A program made the position numbers and the translations under genes. A stretch of 64,000 bases of DNA, from contig NW_027191417.1 in NCBI RefSeq assembly GCF_041146345.1, positions 1,674,001-1,738,000 on the forward strand, read 5' to 3'. Shown piece after piece: positions 36,187 through 49,952 of the stretch. The stretch's first letter is position 1; each line of letters opens with the position of its first letter. The DNA comes from Neodothiora populina (lineage: Eukaryota). A model generated the notes under the pieces. It was not told where the DNA came from. It was given only the letters and a program-made list of their open reading frames with translations, and did not search any database.

Positions 36187-37710
36187 ATGTCCATGCCACA
36201 GACCCAAGATTTCTACGTGCCGTCTCCCATATCGCCAGGCGGTCCATCAAGAACAAACGACTCCAAGAGTCCCAGTCCATACAATGCCAGTCAGTCGGCG
36301 CCGATGAGGCAGGAGAGATCCTCTATAAGCGGGAGTGTCAAAACCCACCACTTCAACAAGAACGACAGCGACACGCAAAACGACAACGACGAAGACGAGA
36401 ATATGGTCCCGGTGACGACACTGAAACATGCGCCGACCTTCGACCGCGAACGCACTTCGCGCTGTTGCAGGGTGTCGAACCGACCACGCCCACGCCTCGT
36501 GGAAGCTACAGAGGCCCAGCAGCTTCCCCTATTCCGCGGTGACGGATCCGACGAGGGTACTGCCATCGCTACCTCACTTTCGCCATCTTCGTCTTCTTCT
36601 GCGTCAGCAGCCAGAAAGCAGCGAGAGACGGAAGATGCTGGGAAATATGTTGTCTTGGGTATCTTCAACCGTGTCGATGGACGGCCGCAGGAGATACTGG
36701 TGGATATCAGAGATGATGCGAGGTTGTTTTGTAGTGTCTACTGCTCTATCATTCGGTTGAGAGGGCTGGCGGCGTTTTTTAGTCTCAAGGACGTCAAGTA
36801 TTTCAAGGTGTTCAGCGTAAGTTTTTCCATTTTCTCCTCCTTATCAACCATACCTTGCCCGTTCTTTGTATCTCCTACCTGTGAGGGCAAGAGAGACTGC
36901 AAAGGACGAACCCCAGCAGCAGAAACTAAAGATACAAACCGTACCCAGTGTGATCCCCAAACCGGCGTGCACCACCGCATAAAACTCGATGCCACATCCA
37001 TAGACGCCCTGCACAAGTTCCAGCTCGCATATTCCTCCTGGGCATCATGGACCGACATCTTCGACCACCCCTCGTTGCCCTCATTCATCCAGTGCCTGAC
37101 CTCTCCCTTTCGATTTCTCTCGTCCCTCAACCACCACAACACCTCCGAGTCCAGCAACGAAAAAGAACCCAAAAAGCAGTGGTGGAGCCGAGGCCGGAAA
37201 AGCAAACACAACGATCCAGACGCTCGCAAACTCAACACCGAGTGGGCGAAATGGATCCACGAGGCCCTGAACGGAAGCAACCGCGATCCTTGCGCTGCAC
37301 TGGGTAGATTCCCCTCCTCTACCACCACCACCACCACCACCACCGCAGCCCACAAAGACAACAAAAACATCACCGACGACGACAGCGAAGAACTCCGACC
37401 CCACCCACATTACTCGCTGGAGATCATCCTAGCGTGGTCGCCGCGGCGCATCGCAGTCGTGGTTTTCCTGCCTGTTCTCATCAGTTTCGCGGTCGGACTG
37501 GGACTCAACTCGACGGACTGGGAGGGCACGGAGAGGATCGAGATGAGTTGGGTCGTTGCTACTTATATTGCTACTACGGGCGGGAGTAAGTGTCCTTGCT
37601 TTTTGGTTCCGTTGTGACTTATTTTCCCCATTCGAGCAAAGGGTTAGCTGACTTTGATGCGTGCAGTTGTTGCGGCTATGATGGCTATTGTTTCTGAGAT
37701 CAAGAAGTGA
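36187..37710 (+). CDS. Hypothetical protein with two predicted C-terminal transmembrane helices
   Basis: Exons 36187-36816, 36949-37585 and 37667-37710 (GTAAGT donors, CAG acceptors). Hydrophobic segments are IAVVVFLPVLISFAVGLGL and WVVATYIATTGGIVAAMMAIV. Confidence 0.75.
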
Positions 37711-39023
37711 CGGGCCGCCGTGATGCTGCTTGAGTGTGGATGAGGGCGAAGATGAAAATAATTGTGTGGTCGAGGACTGATATCATTAACGGGTTAGGAA
37801 GGGCTATTGCTTGAACATATATGCATCTATCGAGCGGCGTGACAGAGCAGGCATGCATGTGCTTACTGTATCGTATTGTTTTATCGATATAATAACGTCT
37901 ACCTTCACGAGAGCAGGCAATTGCTCTCTTCACTGGACCCATCGGACGAGTGAAACGTCACGAGTGTCGTCATTTTATCACAAAAGAGGAACGAAAGAGG
38001 AAGACTTGATTGAAGTGTTTCATTCATTCGATAATGCGAGCTCGGGACATGTCACAGGATAGTAGACGAGTCCGGTAACAATCCCAAAACACCTAATCAA
38101 ACGCCACAAGTGCCCCCCCGACAGAATTTCAATGAAAAACAAATCTAAAAAACAAAGCGCCGAGTACTCCAGTCCCCTGATCCCAGCGTTCCCCACGCCC
38201 CACTTGCACCTTACCTTGCTGTCATGTACTGTCCTGTACTGTACTGTCCATATCCAGACGTACCTAATTCCCGTCATCTGCAAAGCGAGGAATATCCAAA
38301 CGCGAAGCGCGGAAAACTCCAACCATGTGAAGGGGATCCATCCGACCTTGAAATGCATGCGATGCAATGCGATGCGAAACACACCCTCTGTGACTCCGCC
38401 GCTGAAGATGATTTGGAAGTGAAGTGATTCACAACCACGTAACACCCACTTTTCCGTACACAACACCTCGTAATACCCTTTCGGCTCGCTGTGCCGATGC
38501 ATACGCCGTTTGGGATAGTTGACCAAATCGATATTCAAATCAACCATCCATCCCATGCGATGCGCATGATACCTTATCAGAAAGTGCAGAATGCCTGGTT
38601 CTCTTTTTGCTTCCTTTGAACTCCACTCCATGCGAGAAGGAAAGAACAAAAGAAAAGAAGATAGCCAAAAACACCTGCTCAGAAAGGATGACGGTGAAAT
38701 CTTCGCCTGGACGAAACTCCCTCGATCGCCATGGGCCAAGATGACGAATCAATCTCCCATGCCACAGAATCTCAACGCTTTTTCTGTACACCACTATTGC
38801 TACTGCCAGACCGAAACAGGTTCAGGAAAATGGCGAAACAAATTCGTTGATGAAGCCGCACAAGAAACCTCCGATATATCGATATCCAGAGAATGGTCGT
38901 GGGACCGCAGAGACGTTTAGCTTCCGCAGCCAAGTCGAATGCCGAGTCGGGGAAATCGCAAAGCAGACCACTTGATGCGATCCAGAAGTAAAACCTTCAT
39001 TAGTCACATCATCGCTCGTAGTC

Positions 39024-40892
39024 TCAGCCGCGTCTGCCGTCAATTGCGTAGCCATCTCCAACAGTCGAGGAAGCGGCACCACTGCCATAAGCTTCCCTTT
39101 CGGAGACGATCCTCTTTGGGAAATTTGCAATGGCAGCTTCGTGGATGGCACCCATGAGTCTACTCTTCTGTGCTTCTCTTGCTCCTCTCAGGCCTTCGTA
39201 CGTCCCTCTCAGCCCCTCGATCTGTTCCTCGACGGTCAAAGTGCTGCTGTCATTCGCTCTGACTAGTGGTGACACAAGCTTCTTACGCAGAATCTCGAGA
39301 TTGCTGCGGAGTTGAAGCAAACGACCGTTGTGGTCGACCAGGACATGCTTGTTGGTGATTGTGCGTTCACGCAGCGAAGACAGAAGCGCCTTGTTTCGGT
39401 CAAACTTGCGCAGGCGACTGCTGTTGGGTCCAATCACGCGTGCCCACAGGGAAGCGAGGAGCTCGGATTCTTCTCGTTCCTGAGCGTCGGTCTCGCGAAT
39501 CACGGTACGTTGGAGATTCAGGAACTGACGGTCAATGGCTTCGAAATGTGCAAATAGCGATATGCTTGCAGTCAATTCGTTGTTAATGCCCTCTTCCAAG
39601 ACAGACAGGAACTCATTGAATGTTCGATGTAGGGTGGCGCGGGTGGTCTGCGCCTTTGTACGACCGAACAAATCGGTGACAAGAGCACCGAGTGCGGTAG
39701 GTTCGCCGGTGCTTGCTTTTTCGAAAATCCCCAGACGTGAGAGCAGAGTGTGCAAGTTCGAAAAGGCAAGAGAGAGATGCGATGCGGAATGGCCATTGGC
39801 TGCGGATAGCTTGTTGAGTTCGCGCTGAGCCCATTCCATGACAATGAGGATGCTATCCACATCGCCATCGACCGAAGCGAAAAAGCGCGTCAATTCTTGA
39901 GCCAAAGACTTCAAACTCTCCGACAGCTCGTCCAGCTCGCGCACGATGATGGGTCCAGAAGTCATGTTCGTGGAGCGCACAGATTCGCCAAGGTCCCAAA
40001 CAGCAACGCCAGTCTCGCCTAACTGAACGACCTGAGTGTGTCCATTCTCACTGTAATACATGAGAGGTTCGAACGACTTGGCCAATCCGGCAACCCTGAC
40101 GAGATCAGGTTGGGGTTGCTGAGCGGGTTCTCGAAAGAGTGCGCGGGCAATAGTGATGGCCAGCAGAGCGCCGACGAAGGTGAGAAAGGTAGAATACTTG
40201 GACTTGGTCATGTTGGAATACGTCTTGCGAACGTAGGTCACTGCAGCTTCAATGGGTTCGGTGCGGTGTTGCACATCGGCGCGCACTGAGAAGCGTATAT
40301 CTATCAGTCACACAAACGCACATATCAGCCTCTGAGGTCTATGTCTTGGGTCATGTTTCTCTCACGAGTGCGACATACAGTTGTTGTTATTTTCCGTGTT
40401 TTGCCATCGTGGTGGTTCTGAGTCATGTCTTGTTTCTTGACTGAGCGGCGGAGTGAGATAGTCGGTCTTGGTTGGAATGGATTTTATTGCAGGACTATAA
40501 TCGCGCTCAGGAGTTCTGCCCTTGAGTGGACTTTCGGGTAAGGCGATACGAGCTGCAGTCATGGAGACGTCCTCATCATCATCATCTTCGTCGACGATGC
40601 ATTCATCCTCTTCTGGTAGTGGACTGGTCTCACGACTCCGCGGCGGTGACTTTAGTCCGGACTGATGCTGATACCACCCTGTTCCGTGCTTGCGCCACGG
40701 AGGCGGTGACCAGCCTCGGTGGATGTCTTCGGACATGTCGGAGTACACTGAAGTGACGGGACTCCGGAACTGGAGACGCGAGTTGGACGTGACATTCAGC
40801 AGATCGGGAGACATGTCGCGCGATTCAAAGTCTTCCATTGAAGCTGTCACCGATGGATGCGAATCGTAGAGAAGCCTTGTGCTTGTGGTCAT
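39024..40892 (-). CDS. Hypothetical fungal single-pass membrane protein with a helical/coiled-coil C-terminal region
   Basis: Intron 40378-40301 (GTATGT...GCTGAT...TAG) joins the two ORFs as NNN-YIRFSVRADVQHRTEP. One TM segment (FLTFVGALLAITIA) is followed by PDLVRVAGLAKSFEPLMYYSE and long amphipathic helices. Confidence 0.85.
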
Positions 40893-42919
40893 GCTATAAT
40901 GTTAGGCAACGGGAAAGCGGTGAGAGGGGGATTTCTTCTTTGACTGATTGATAGATAGATGGATTGATTGATTGATTGATTGCTTGGTTGACGCTTGATT
41001 TGATTTGTGGGGTAGCTATAGGAAGGGTGGTGGTAGCGATGACTGATAGCAACGACGAAGACGACGACGACCGTGTTGTTTGATTGTCGATCGCACAAAG
41101 AGACGGAAAAGTGTAGTTGGAACAAAGAGAAAAAAGATCGGGAGAGGATCAGGGGATTCGATATGGCGCTATGCGATGCGACACGAATAGTCCAAGTTGA
41201 CGAGTGACTCGTGGTTGATGCGCATGCGCCGGCGATAAGGGTACACGCGATCGCGAAAGTGACACGGCAGCCTCGTGGACGACGAATGGGGACTTAAGAG
41301 GAAAGCTTTGATATATAAACGCGGGTTCACCTATTACTTTGAATGATTGCAATTGTAGCGATATCGATGCGGGAAGAAGAAGAAAAGAAGATCGAAGGAT
41401 GATCAAGAGAGGAGATTAGAAAAGTGCGAGATGCCCCGGGGGACCTACCTTACCTTACCTTACTGCTGCCACCGTCCTGTACTGACCAGTCCGACCCCTC
41501 TCTTAGTCCCATGCGCTTGGGATGGTTTGTGATAGCCTCCCAGCCACTCGCGGCCCGGGGCCGTCTGAGTGTTGGCATGCAAGGTTAGCTGAGATCGACA
41601 GGCCAAAACTCCGTTTCGCCATGATATCTGGCAACTTTGGACCTATGACCCTGTCCATCCTCTGGACCCTACGCCCTCTTGTTTCACCGTACCTGACATG
41701 TGGCTGCATCACCGTACAAGCACTGTATCATGCACGTCAGCAGCAAACACTCGCTCGAGACAATGTCGACTTTCTCGTGGGCTGCTGGAAGAAGTTCAAG
41801 TCGGTCGAAGTATGGCGGGGAAGTGTCGCAGCTCTAGCTCAATGGTGTCTGGCACCATTCTCAAACCTTACCTTCCGCTTCTGCTCCTCGTGTCGGTCTA
41901 ATGTGACATCGTTGTAATCGCCATTATCATGGCCCAGTGCCGCCACAGCACTGACATGTGCATCCTCCGCTACTCCACTTTAACGGTTATTAGCATTTCC
42001 CGCCGCACAGCTAATCAGTCATCATCATCGTACATGAGCCGCATCAGATTTGACTGCACATCCTGGACCGTGTCAGGGAAGTGTCTCACGGAGTGCAAGT
42101 GTACTCGGCCACATAGCTTTGTCATCGAACGACATCTCACATTGCAATGGACCTGCGAATAAGACTGTACAAATGTTGATTGACCATTCTGGAGGAAATC
42201 GTGCCGAATCCCGTCGTGAACCCTCCGCTTTGACATGATGCTCTGATAGTTTTACTGCCCATCTCAAGTCACACCGTGTGGTAGATATGAAATGTTAAGG
42301 ATATCACCATCTTCCATCTCTTGCCAAGTACGATAGAGGAAATATGAGACCGTTAGAAAGAATATCCCCATTGCGCATGTCCTCAGTGTTATGCGATGAC
42401 GCCTGCGAGTACAGTCGCATCCAAGTCCAAAGCCAGAAAGCCGAAAACATGTGCTAACAGACATGGTCCCTTTTTCTGATCTGTGCAATGGTCTGCAAAG
42501 CTGTACTCTGCGAGGACGACAATGAAAACCATAGACGCCACCACCGACCGCGGTGTTGAATGTGCCGTAAACTCCAGAGCCACAAGGAAACCCATGAAAA
42601 GACGGCCGAGATCGGAATCGCCTGCGCTGAAGATCCAGTCACGGTCTGATCCGGTCGGGCTGCTCTCATGGAGTACAAACAATCGCCAGCACATTCAACG
42701 TTGTTGGAGAAAAAGAGAATAGAATGGGAAAGTCGGTCGTCATAAAAGTGTTTGGGGTATCGTGCAATCATAGACGCCTTTAAATAAAAAACAAGGATAC
42801 GTCCGCCATAATCATTGCAGAGAGAATGTAACTTTTGATGGAGTGCCTAGCTCCACGCCGGGTCACGCTTTTGACCGGACCGACGAGCGCGCACGCAGTC
42901 CGATGTGCCGGTCGCTGCT

Positions 42920-45238
42920 TTACTCGGCCTTCTCGGCACCCTCCTCAGCGGCAGGGGCAGCGTTCTCACCGTTGGTGGGAGCGGCACCGTCCTCGGGGTT
43001 CTGGGTGGTGACGTACTCGTTGTAGACACGCATGGCCTCGTCAACCTTGTTACGGAGGGCGGCCTCATCGGTGGTACTGTCAAAGCATTAGCATCATTGT
43101 GAGAAAACGGCAATAGCAAAAGGTAAAACTTACAGCTCAAGGAGCTCGGCGTTGTCCATCTCGAGGAGCATACCGGTGATCTTGCCGGCAAGCTCGGGCT
43201 GCTGCTCGTGGATCTTGGGGTAAAGAGCCTCACCGAGCATCTGCTTCTGCTGAGCAGGAGGAGCGGCGTTGAGGGCGTTCATGTCAACAGCAGGCTGAGG
43301 CATAGAGGCACGCTGCTGAGGAGGGAAGTTTCCGCGAGGAGCCATGCCACCGCGAGGAGCCATGCCGCCGCGCTGAGGACCACCGGGACCCATCATGTTA
43401 GGGGGCATACCGGGCATCATGCCGGGCATAGGAGCGCCACGTCCGGCGCCGCGACCACCCATGGCAGCCTGGGTGGCCTGCATGAGCTGAGCATAGGCCT
43501 GGGGGTTGGCGTATGCTTGGGGAGGGAAGTTTTGCATTGGAGGGACACCGTAAGGGATCTGGGGCATCTGCTGGGCGTTAGGAGCGCCACGGCCGGCCTG
43601 AGGGGGGAAGCGCTGTCCGGCGGGAGCACCCTGGACGAATGGCATCTGGCCACGGGCGGGCATGATGGGCTGGCCACCGGGACCGAAGAACATCTGGGGT
43701 TGCATGAACTGGGGAGGCATACCACCAGAGGCGGCGGCCTGCTGCTGCATGCGGACCTGGTTGCGGGCCTGGATGGAGGCCTCGAGCTGGCTCTTGCGGA
43801 CGTCCTTGCGCTGGGCGAGAGCAACATAGAGAGGCTTGTTGTGGATCATCTTCTGGTTGAGCTCGGTGACAGCTTTGGTGGCCTCGTCGGGGTTGCTGAA
43901 GCAGACGAAACCGAAGCCCTTGGACTTGCCGAGGATGCGGAGCTCGCCGCCAATCTTGACCTTGTCCATGTCCTTGGTGAGGCCGTCAACATTGTCGTCC
44001 TCGTCCTTCTTCTCCTCACTCTCGGTCTTCTCCTCGGCCTTCTCCTCGGTCTTCTCCTCGGTCTTCTTCTCTTCCTCGCCCTCGCTCTTCTCCTCACCAT
44101 CCTTGGAGGCGGGGGAAGCGACGCGGTCGGCGGGCTGGGTGTCGCGCATGACCTTGGCCGAAGTGATGGAGCCGTAGGGCTCGAAGATCTTGCGGAGCTC
44201 CTCGTCGTCGATGTCGTCGGCCAAGTTCTTGACGTAGAGGTTGACGCCCTGGTACTTGGTGACCTTCTCCTGACGAGCGGCCTCGTACTGTCTGCGGAGC
44301 TCCTCCTCACGCTCGTGCTTCTTCTGGGCGCGGCCAACGTAAAGCTTCTGTCCCTTGAAGTCGAGTTCGTTGAGCTCGTCGACGGCCTTGGAGGCATGCT
44401 CGTGGTTTGCGTAGTTGACGAAACCGAAGCCGCGGCTCTTGCCCTCCTGGTCACGGGCGAGGGAGGCCGAGGTGATCTCGCCGTACTTCTCGAAGAGAGC
44501 GCGGAACTCGTCCTCGGTGGCCTCGCTGTCAATGTTCTTGACGTAGATGTTGGTGAAGTTGGCCTTCATCTCCTCGAACTTGCTCATGCGGTCCTTCTTG
44601 GGGATGTGGTGGCCGACAAAGACCTTCTTCTCGTTCAGAAGCATGCCGTTGACGCTCTTGATGGCGCTGTTGGCAGCCTCGGCGGTCTCGTAGTGGACGA
44701 AGCCGTATCCCTTGGAGTTTCCGTGCTCGTCCACGGCGACCTTGCAGGAGAGAATGTTGCCAAAGGCAGCAAAGGTGTCATGAAGAGCCTTGTTGTCAAT
44801 GGCGGCATCGAGGTTCTTGATGAAGACGTTGCCCTGGCCGGTCTTGCGGAGGGCGGGATCACGCTGAGACCACATGATGCGGCAGGGTCTGCCCTTGATA
44901 AGGGTGTAGTTGAGCTCCTCGAGGGCGCGCTCGCCGTCGTCAGAGCTGTTGTAGTTGACGTAGGCGTATCCGAGAGAGCGACGAGTGACGGCGTCACGGC
45001 AGACACGGATAGAAGCGACTTGGCCGATGGAAGAGAAGAGCTCGAAGAGCATAGCCTCGGTGACGGACGTGTCGAGCTCACCGACGTAAAGCGAGGCCGA
45101 GTTGGAGTGAGCGGTGGAAGGAGCGGCCGATGCATTGTCGCCGGAACTTGCGTGAGCGCTGCCGTTGACATCGGCGGCAGGAGAGACGGGCTGCGCAGCA
45201 GCGCCTGCTGGGGAAGTTGCGGCTTGGACGTCAGACAT
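42920..45238 (-). CDS. PAB1: Polyadenylate-binding protein (4 RRM + PABC/MLLE)
   Basis: RRM1 reads ASLYVGELD...[18 protein letters not shown], followed by three more RRMs. The MLLE domain reads [12 protein letters not shown]...[12 protein letters not shown]. Intron 43133-43077, last exon ends ...EKAE*. Very strong codon bias. Confidence 0.98.
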
Positions 45239-46474
45239 TGTGGATTTTTTTGATTTTCTAAAAAGTATCGATTTTCTGATCAATTGTCAAATGTCAGTAA
45301 ATTGCATAAGACTGTGTGCGAACCAAGCGTAGAAACAAAATCAAGCTTCGACATCCTGCGAAGACTGCTCAGTTGCGGAGAATGCAAAAAGACAATAATA
45401 GCAGTGGCAGTTCACAGGCAGGTGCGTGGCTACTGCCAAATCAAGGCACTCAAGGCCATGGCTGCCTGCACCCAGATGAAGAATTTCTCCTTCATCAGGA
45501 ACCCGACCGCTGATCGCGGGGATGATTGTGCAAGTGCGCGCACTGTCTTGGACGAAGACCATTGCCATTCTCGAGTGAAAGCTCGACTATTATTCTCATG
45601 TTTGATGTCCTCGCAAAAGCTTCGCCGATCGTGGACACGTCTATGATATGCGCACCTTTTTTATATTGAGGTTAAAAAAGTGATCCTTTCCGAAGCGACT
45701 CGTGTGTTTGGGTGATGGGAACCTTCTAACAACAGGCGTTGCAGAAGTAATGGGCTTTTCTGGTTTTCTTTTCAAATTTTTTTTGGGATGTTACGAGTCT
45801 TAAGAAAAGGGGAAGAAGTGCAAAGAAGCACTGGAGCGTGTGTACCTTGAGGGATGTGGATATGACTTGCGTGAAAGAAACGAAGTCTGCTCAAAGAAAA
45901 ATCATCCTCTCCAAACTGTGCTGCTTTGGGACGCTTGGACCATCTGGCTTTTTATGACCTACCGCCAAGTAATCATGTGATGCTGGTTTCCTCGCCTGGC
46001 TTCTTTGTCGCCGACCTGTATTTCATGTATTTCGTGTTATTTGTACATCCTATCTGTCCAGATGGCTGGCCTTTTTCTTCCTTTTCCGCATGTCAATTAT
46101 TTCAACAATGACTTCAAACCAGAACCGGTCTTTGTTGTGGTTGGCGGTGGAATGTGACGCTTCCTCTCTTCTTTACTGCATGTGCTGAACTATAACCGTA
46201 GCGAGGAAGCAGCACCACTTGGCGAATTAGGAAGCTGCAGTGGTCAGCGCGCTCTAGCACCCACATGAAATGTGACTGATCACCATAGTGTGCTCTCGAG
46301 AAAGATGTTATTGTCTTATCTTCAAATCCGTCCTATGATCCTGTACATCATAATCACGAGCGAGCCTGCGCTCAGTCTATTGTGTTACAGATAGTATCCA
46401 ACAAAACGATGCCGTCCTCGCTGTCTGTTAAGTGATGAAAAAGTGCCATGAACAAATCATCCTAACGGATCTTG

Positions 46475-49400
46475 TCAAACATCAATATCTTCCCAGCCTC
46501 CTTGCTCCTGTAAGACAGCTTTTGCTTTCCCCATGACAGCTGTAATGTCCTTGCCTAGCGCACTATCCCACTGATCCTCTAGACAAGCAACCCTCTCTTG
46601 TAGCACGCCTGTTTCATGCTCCTCTCTACGTCTCCTGACCTCTGTAAGTTCTGCCTTTACTACATCTACCCTCTCGCCGTTCACGACCCTGCCAATTTCT
46701 GAAAACTTGGTCTCCGCCGCTATTGCTGCAGTGCGCACCTCATGTAATAGACACAAGAGGTTGGTCTGATTTTCGATGAATTGATACGCGCTCTTCTTCG
46801 CATGCGTGAGTGTTTGCATCAGGTACTGTAGCGGATAATGTTGATAACCTGGATTATCGACAAATTCTTCGGGAGGGATCGCTATTCTCAAAGTTGCGAG
46901 AGAATAATTGTCCTGAGCAGGGATCTTTTGTACCACCTCGCCCAGTGCAGGTGCAATGTCCCAGAATGCAGAGAGCTGGATCTCAACTCCGCGACCAACA
47001 TGTTGGTCTACGATCTCCAAAAGCTGATCAAAGCGCTGCTTCGCGTGCCTGGCGAAATAGAGTTGGGCTTGTTGTAGGTGGTAGCCTAACCTCCCCTCTT
47101 CTTCAGCCTGCCGTCGATGTTCACCTGCTGCCCGGCATTGCTCAATGTAGACTTGGGACCGCCTTCTCATCTCCTGCGTCGCCTGATCATACTCTTGCCT
47201 CCGAAGCTGTTCTCTTGCTTCGAAGAGCCATTTGAGCAACGTGAGCTGTTCGAGCAGCTCCGGCCGTTCGTCCCCTTCGATTTGTGCCACAACAACCCCT
47301 TGTTGAGTGTTCCAGGATTCATCGAGTTGTCTGACCAGCTCTCTGATGCTTGCCTCGCAGGACTCTACCACTTCAGTATACGCAGTATGCTGCCAGGCGT
47401 GCTCGACTTGCGGGCTGGATTGCCGCATTTTAATTATTTCTGCAATCTCGCGATGCTTTGCCCGGAGGTTACTTAGCGACGGATGATTATTCTGAAGTGC
47501 AGGATAATGACGCGGGTACGGCGGAGGTAGTGTCACAAGCCTTGAAACATCTAATGAGGGAATGAGCGACTGCTTTCCAGGTGCATGTAACACTCTTGAC
47601 GGTGTCATATCAACATGATCGAGCCTGGCAAGGGTGGCGGGGCTCCCTTCCCCTAGGTTCGTCTTTTCTGGGGGATACTCTTCAGGCGCATACCCGAACG
47701 ACTTGTCGTTAGTACCCGGTGTGGGTGTGCCCTGACTCGGCGAAGGTTGAGCGGCCAGTATAAGCTCATCGGGGTGAAGACTCATATATTTGCTCTCTTG
47801 CTTCGTCATCTCCAACTTGCGACCACCATTGCCAACCGATCCCTCACCACTCCCCTCCCACCATCGACTGGCTGAGCGTCCACGTGATCCTTCTTCACCT
47901 ACCACAGTGCTCATGGCCATACTAGGTACTGAGCGTATCGGCGAAAGTGATGGCTGGAATCTTTCTCCCCATGATGCGGGGGGTGCTCGACTTTCGGGTC
48001 GTTCATCCGCATCGTACAACGAGTCAGTGTCCGTTGCAGGTGTAAGCTCCGTTGCGGACGAGCAAGAGCTGTCACCCATGGCGGCAGAGTTATGGGCGCT
48101 TCCTGGTGAGGCCGCCATACGACTGACCTCGTGCACCAGCTCATCCAGCGATTGACGTTGCTTTGGAGAACTATGGCCAATGGTCGACCTCCACATATCT
48201 CTAGTCAATTCCATGATCTCGCCCGCCATTGAACCAAATGCATGATTGTAACGATCTCGTCTGATGCGCGATTCCTGGACCATGAAATTTGCAAAGAGCT
48301 CCAGCCGAATCCTGTCGGTGGGAGAAGATGCTTCTTGCTGTATGAACATGTGAAACCTCTCCAGACTGGCTTGAGCAAAGGCATCCGAACCTGGAGTAGT
48401 TACATCTTGGTGAGCGATACCAGAAGTTACAGCCTTTGCTTGTCGCCGTTGTAGATCGGGGCTAGGCGTATATGGGGGCGTAAGGGCTGTGATACTCAAA
48501 GGCGCTTTAGAACGTCCGCCAGATTGAGGGGATGACCGCTCTTCGCGCTCGGCAAGTCTTCTTTCCAGCAGCGGATCCGCCGAGGAAAGAACAAGATTCT
48601 TAGGCTTGCGGAATGCTGGCCCTTCGATAGCTGGGCTCCTGCGTACACCACTAGAACCTGACTCGGTATCTGTAGAGATGTCCTTGCCAGCTCTACTTTT
48701 TGACCTCCTTTCTAGAATGCTGTCAGCACTAGGGTCCCTCCTAGCCGGCCGTCTGATCAAAGAAATTGGTTGCTGAGGCGCTGGATCTGGTTGAGCAGCT
48801 ATTGGTGCAACTTCAGCTCTCACCATCGAGTCTGGAATAGGATCATCCTCTACCCAGCCAGCTGGAGTCGGTGGAACAGTGGGTAACACACCCGTGTTGG
48901 ATGTCCTATAAGGAGCCGTTGATCTCGCCACTGACTGCGTGTCAGGAAACTCAGTGGATGGCTGTTGGCCGAAGCGATTCAGACTGTGTGATCTCACAGA
49001 AATAGCTGGTGGCGGTCCTGGCGGTGGTGGTGGCAGAGGCATTCCTGGTTCCCACCGACCAGAATCGGGAGATACTCGATTGAAAGGCTGGTTGTCACCT
49101 CCTGAAACGGAGGATCTCGGTAGACTGATGGCTCCAGCAGATATCGCCCTGCGTCCTGCTGGGGGCCTTGGGTTGTAATCTGTTGTAGGCATCATCGGTG
49201 AGCTTGGCTGCGAAGGCGATTCATGAGTTTCTGGACGTTTGACCATGGCTGTCAAGGTTTGAAACCTGAACCTAGAGCGAGATGAGTCCCGATCATTTCG
49301 GATCGACGTTGATGGAGGTGGTGGAAACTCTGCACGTGTCTGCAACTGGGGAGATGAACGCGGGTTGCTAGGATGAGTCGTCGTGAAACTATTTGCAAGT

Positions 49401-49952
49401 GGCGAGGATACGTGGACTTCATTACCAAATGTCGACGCCCGCTGCGGTCGAGTAGCATCATTGCCCGCCGGAGGTGTATAAGGGGGTGGCGGAGAAGGCA
49501 TTGAAGCTAAAACAAGTCACAATAGAACTAACATGAATGTCACGCTAAGAAGTATTCGGAGCCTCAATATAACGAGAGAGTATCGAGAGACAAAAGAACT
49601 ATGGTGACTTACTCTCCATGCCAGTAGCATCTCTTGTGCTCCCTCTGGATGCGGAGGCGCCAGAGCCAGCTCGCGAGCTTTCTGCATAACCTGGGTGGGA
49701 CCACTGCCCTGGGTTATACGTTCTTGACGACGTATATGCAGATTCGTCGAAATGAGGCCGCGACGGAGAGAACATCGGGCTTAGAGGAGTTCCAGCATGT
49801 GGTTCCTGAGTGGATAAATTCGACAGAGGTCCATGAGCTCTGTCAATTATCGTAGTCATCAAGCGTGATGGTCCAGTTTGCTGGCGTCCATGCGATGAGA
49901 AGCCACTGTTCAATTGAGTTGGTGAAGGACGACCATCATATTGGTTGCTCAT
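46475..49952 (-). CDS. Hypothetical protein with a Pro/Ser-rich N-terminus and helical C-terminal domain
   Basis: Exon 49952-49613, intron 49612-49507 (GTAAGT...TTTTAG), then a ~1010-codon exon in frame (GME-TSMPSPPPPY). Conserved-looking blocks: LDVSRLVTLPPPYPRHYP, PELLEQLTLLKWLFEARE, GVEIQLSAFWDIAP. Confidence 0.85.

Noticed and set aside
38020..38920. 239-aa minus ORF and nearby small ORFs between convergent genes
   Set aside because: The sequence looks like 3' UTR (short repeats, A-rich runs), and the translations are not protein-like.
43208..45253. 681-aa plus-strand ORF antisense to PAB1, with similar antisense ORFs over NFS1, RVS167 and the thiolase
   Set aside because: Expected shadow ORFs. 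The strong C/G third-position bias of highly expressed genes removes stops on the opposite strand, and the translations have no protein-like features.
45470..45500. CTGATGA...GAAA resembling a hammerhead ribozyme core or a C box
   Set aside because: The GAAA is the loop of a simple hairpin that pairs with the GATGA itself. I found no stem I/III with an NUH site and no rRNA-complementary guide at the downstream CTGA.
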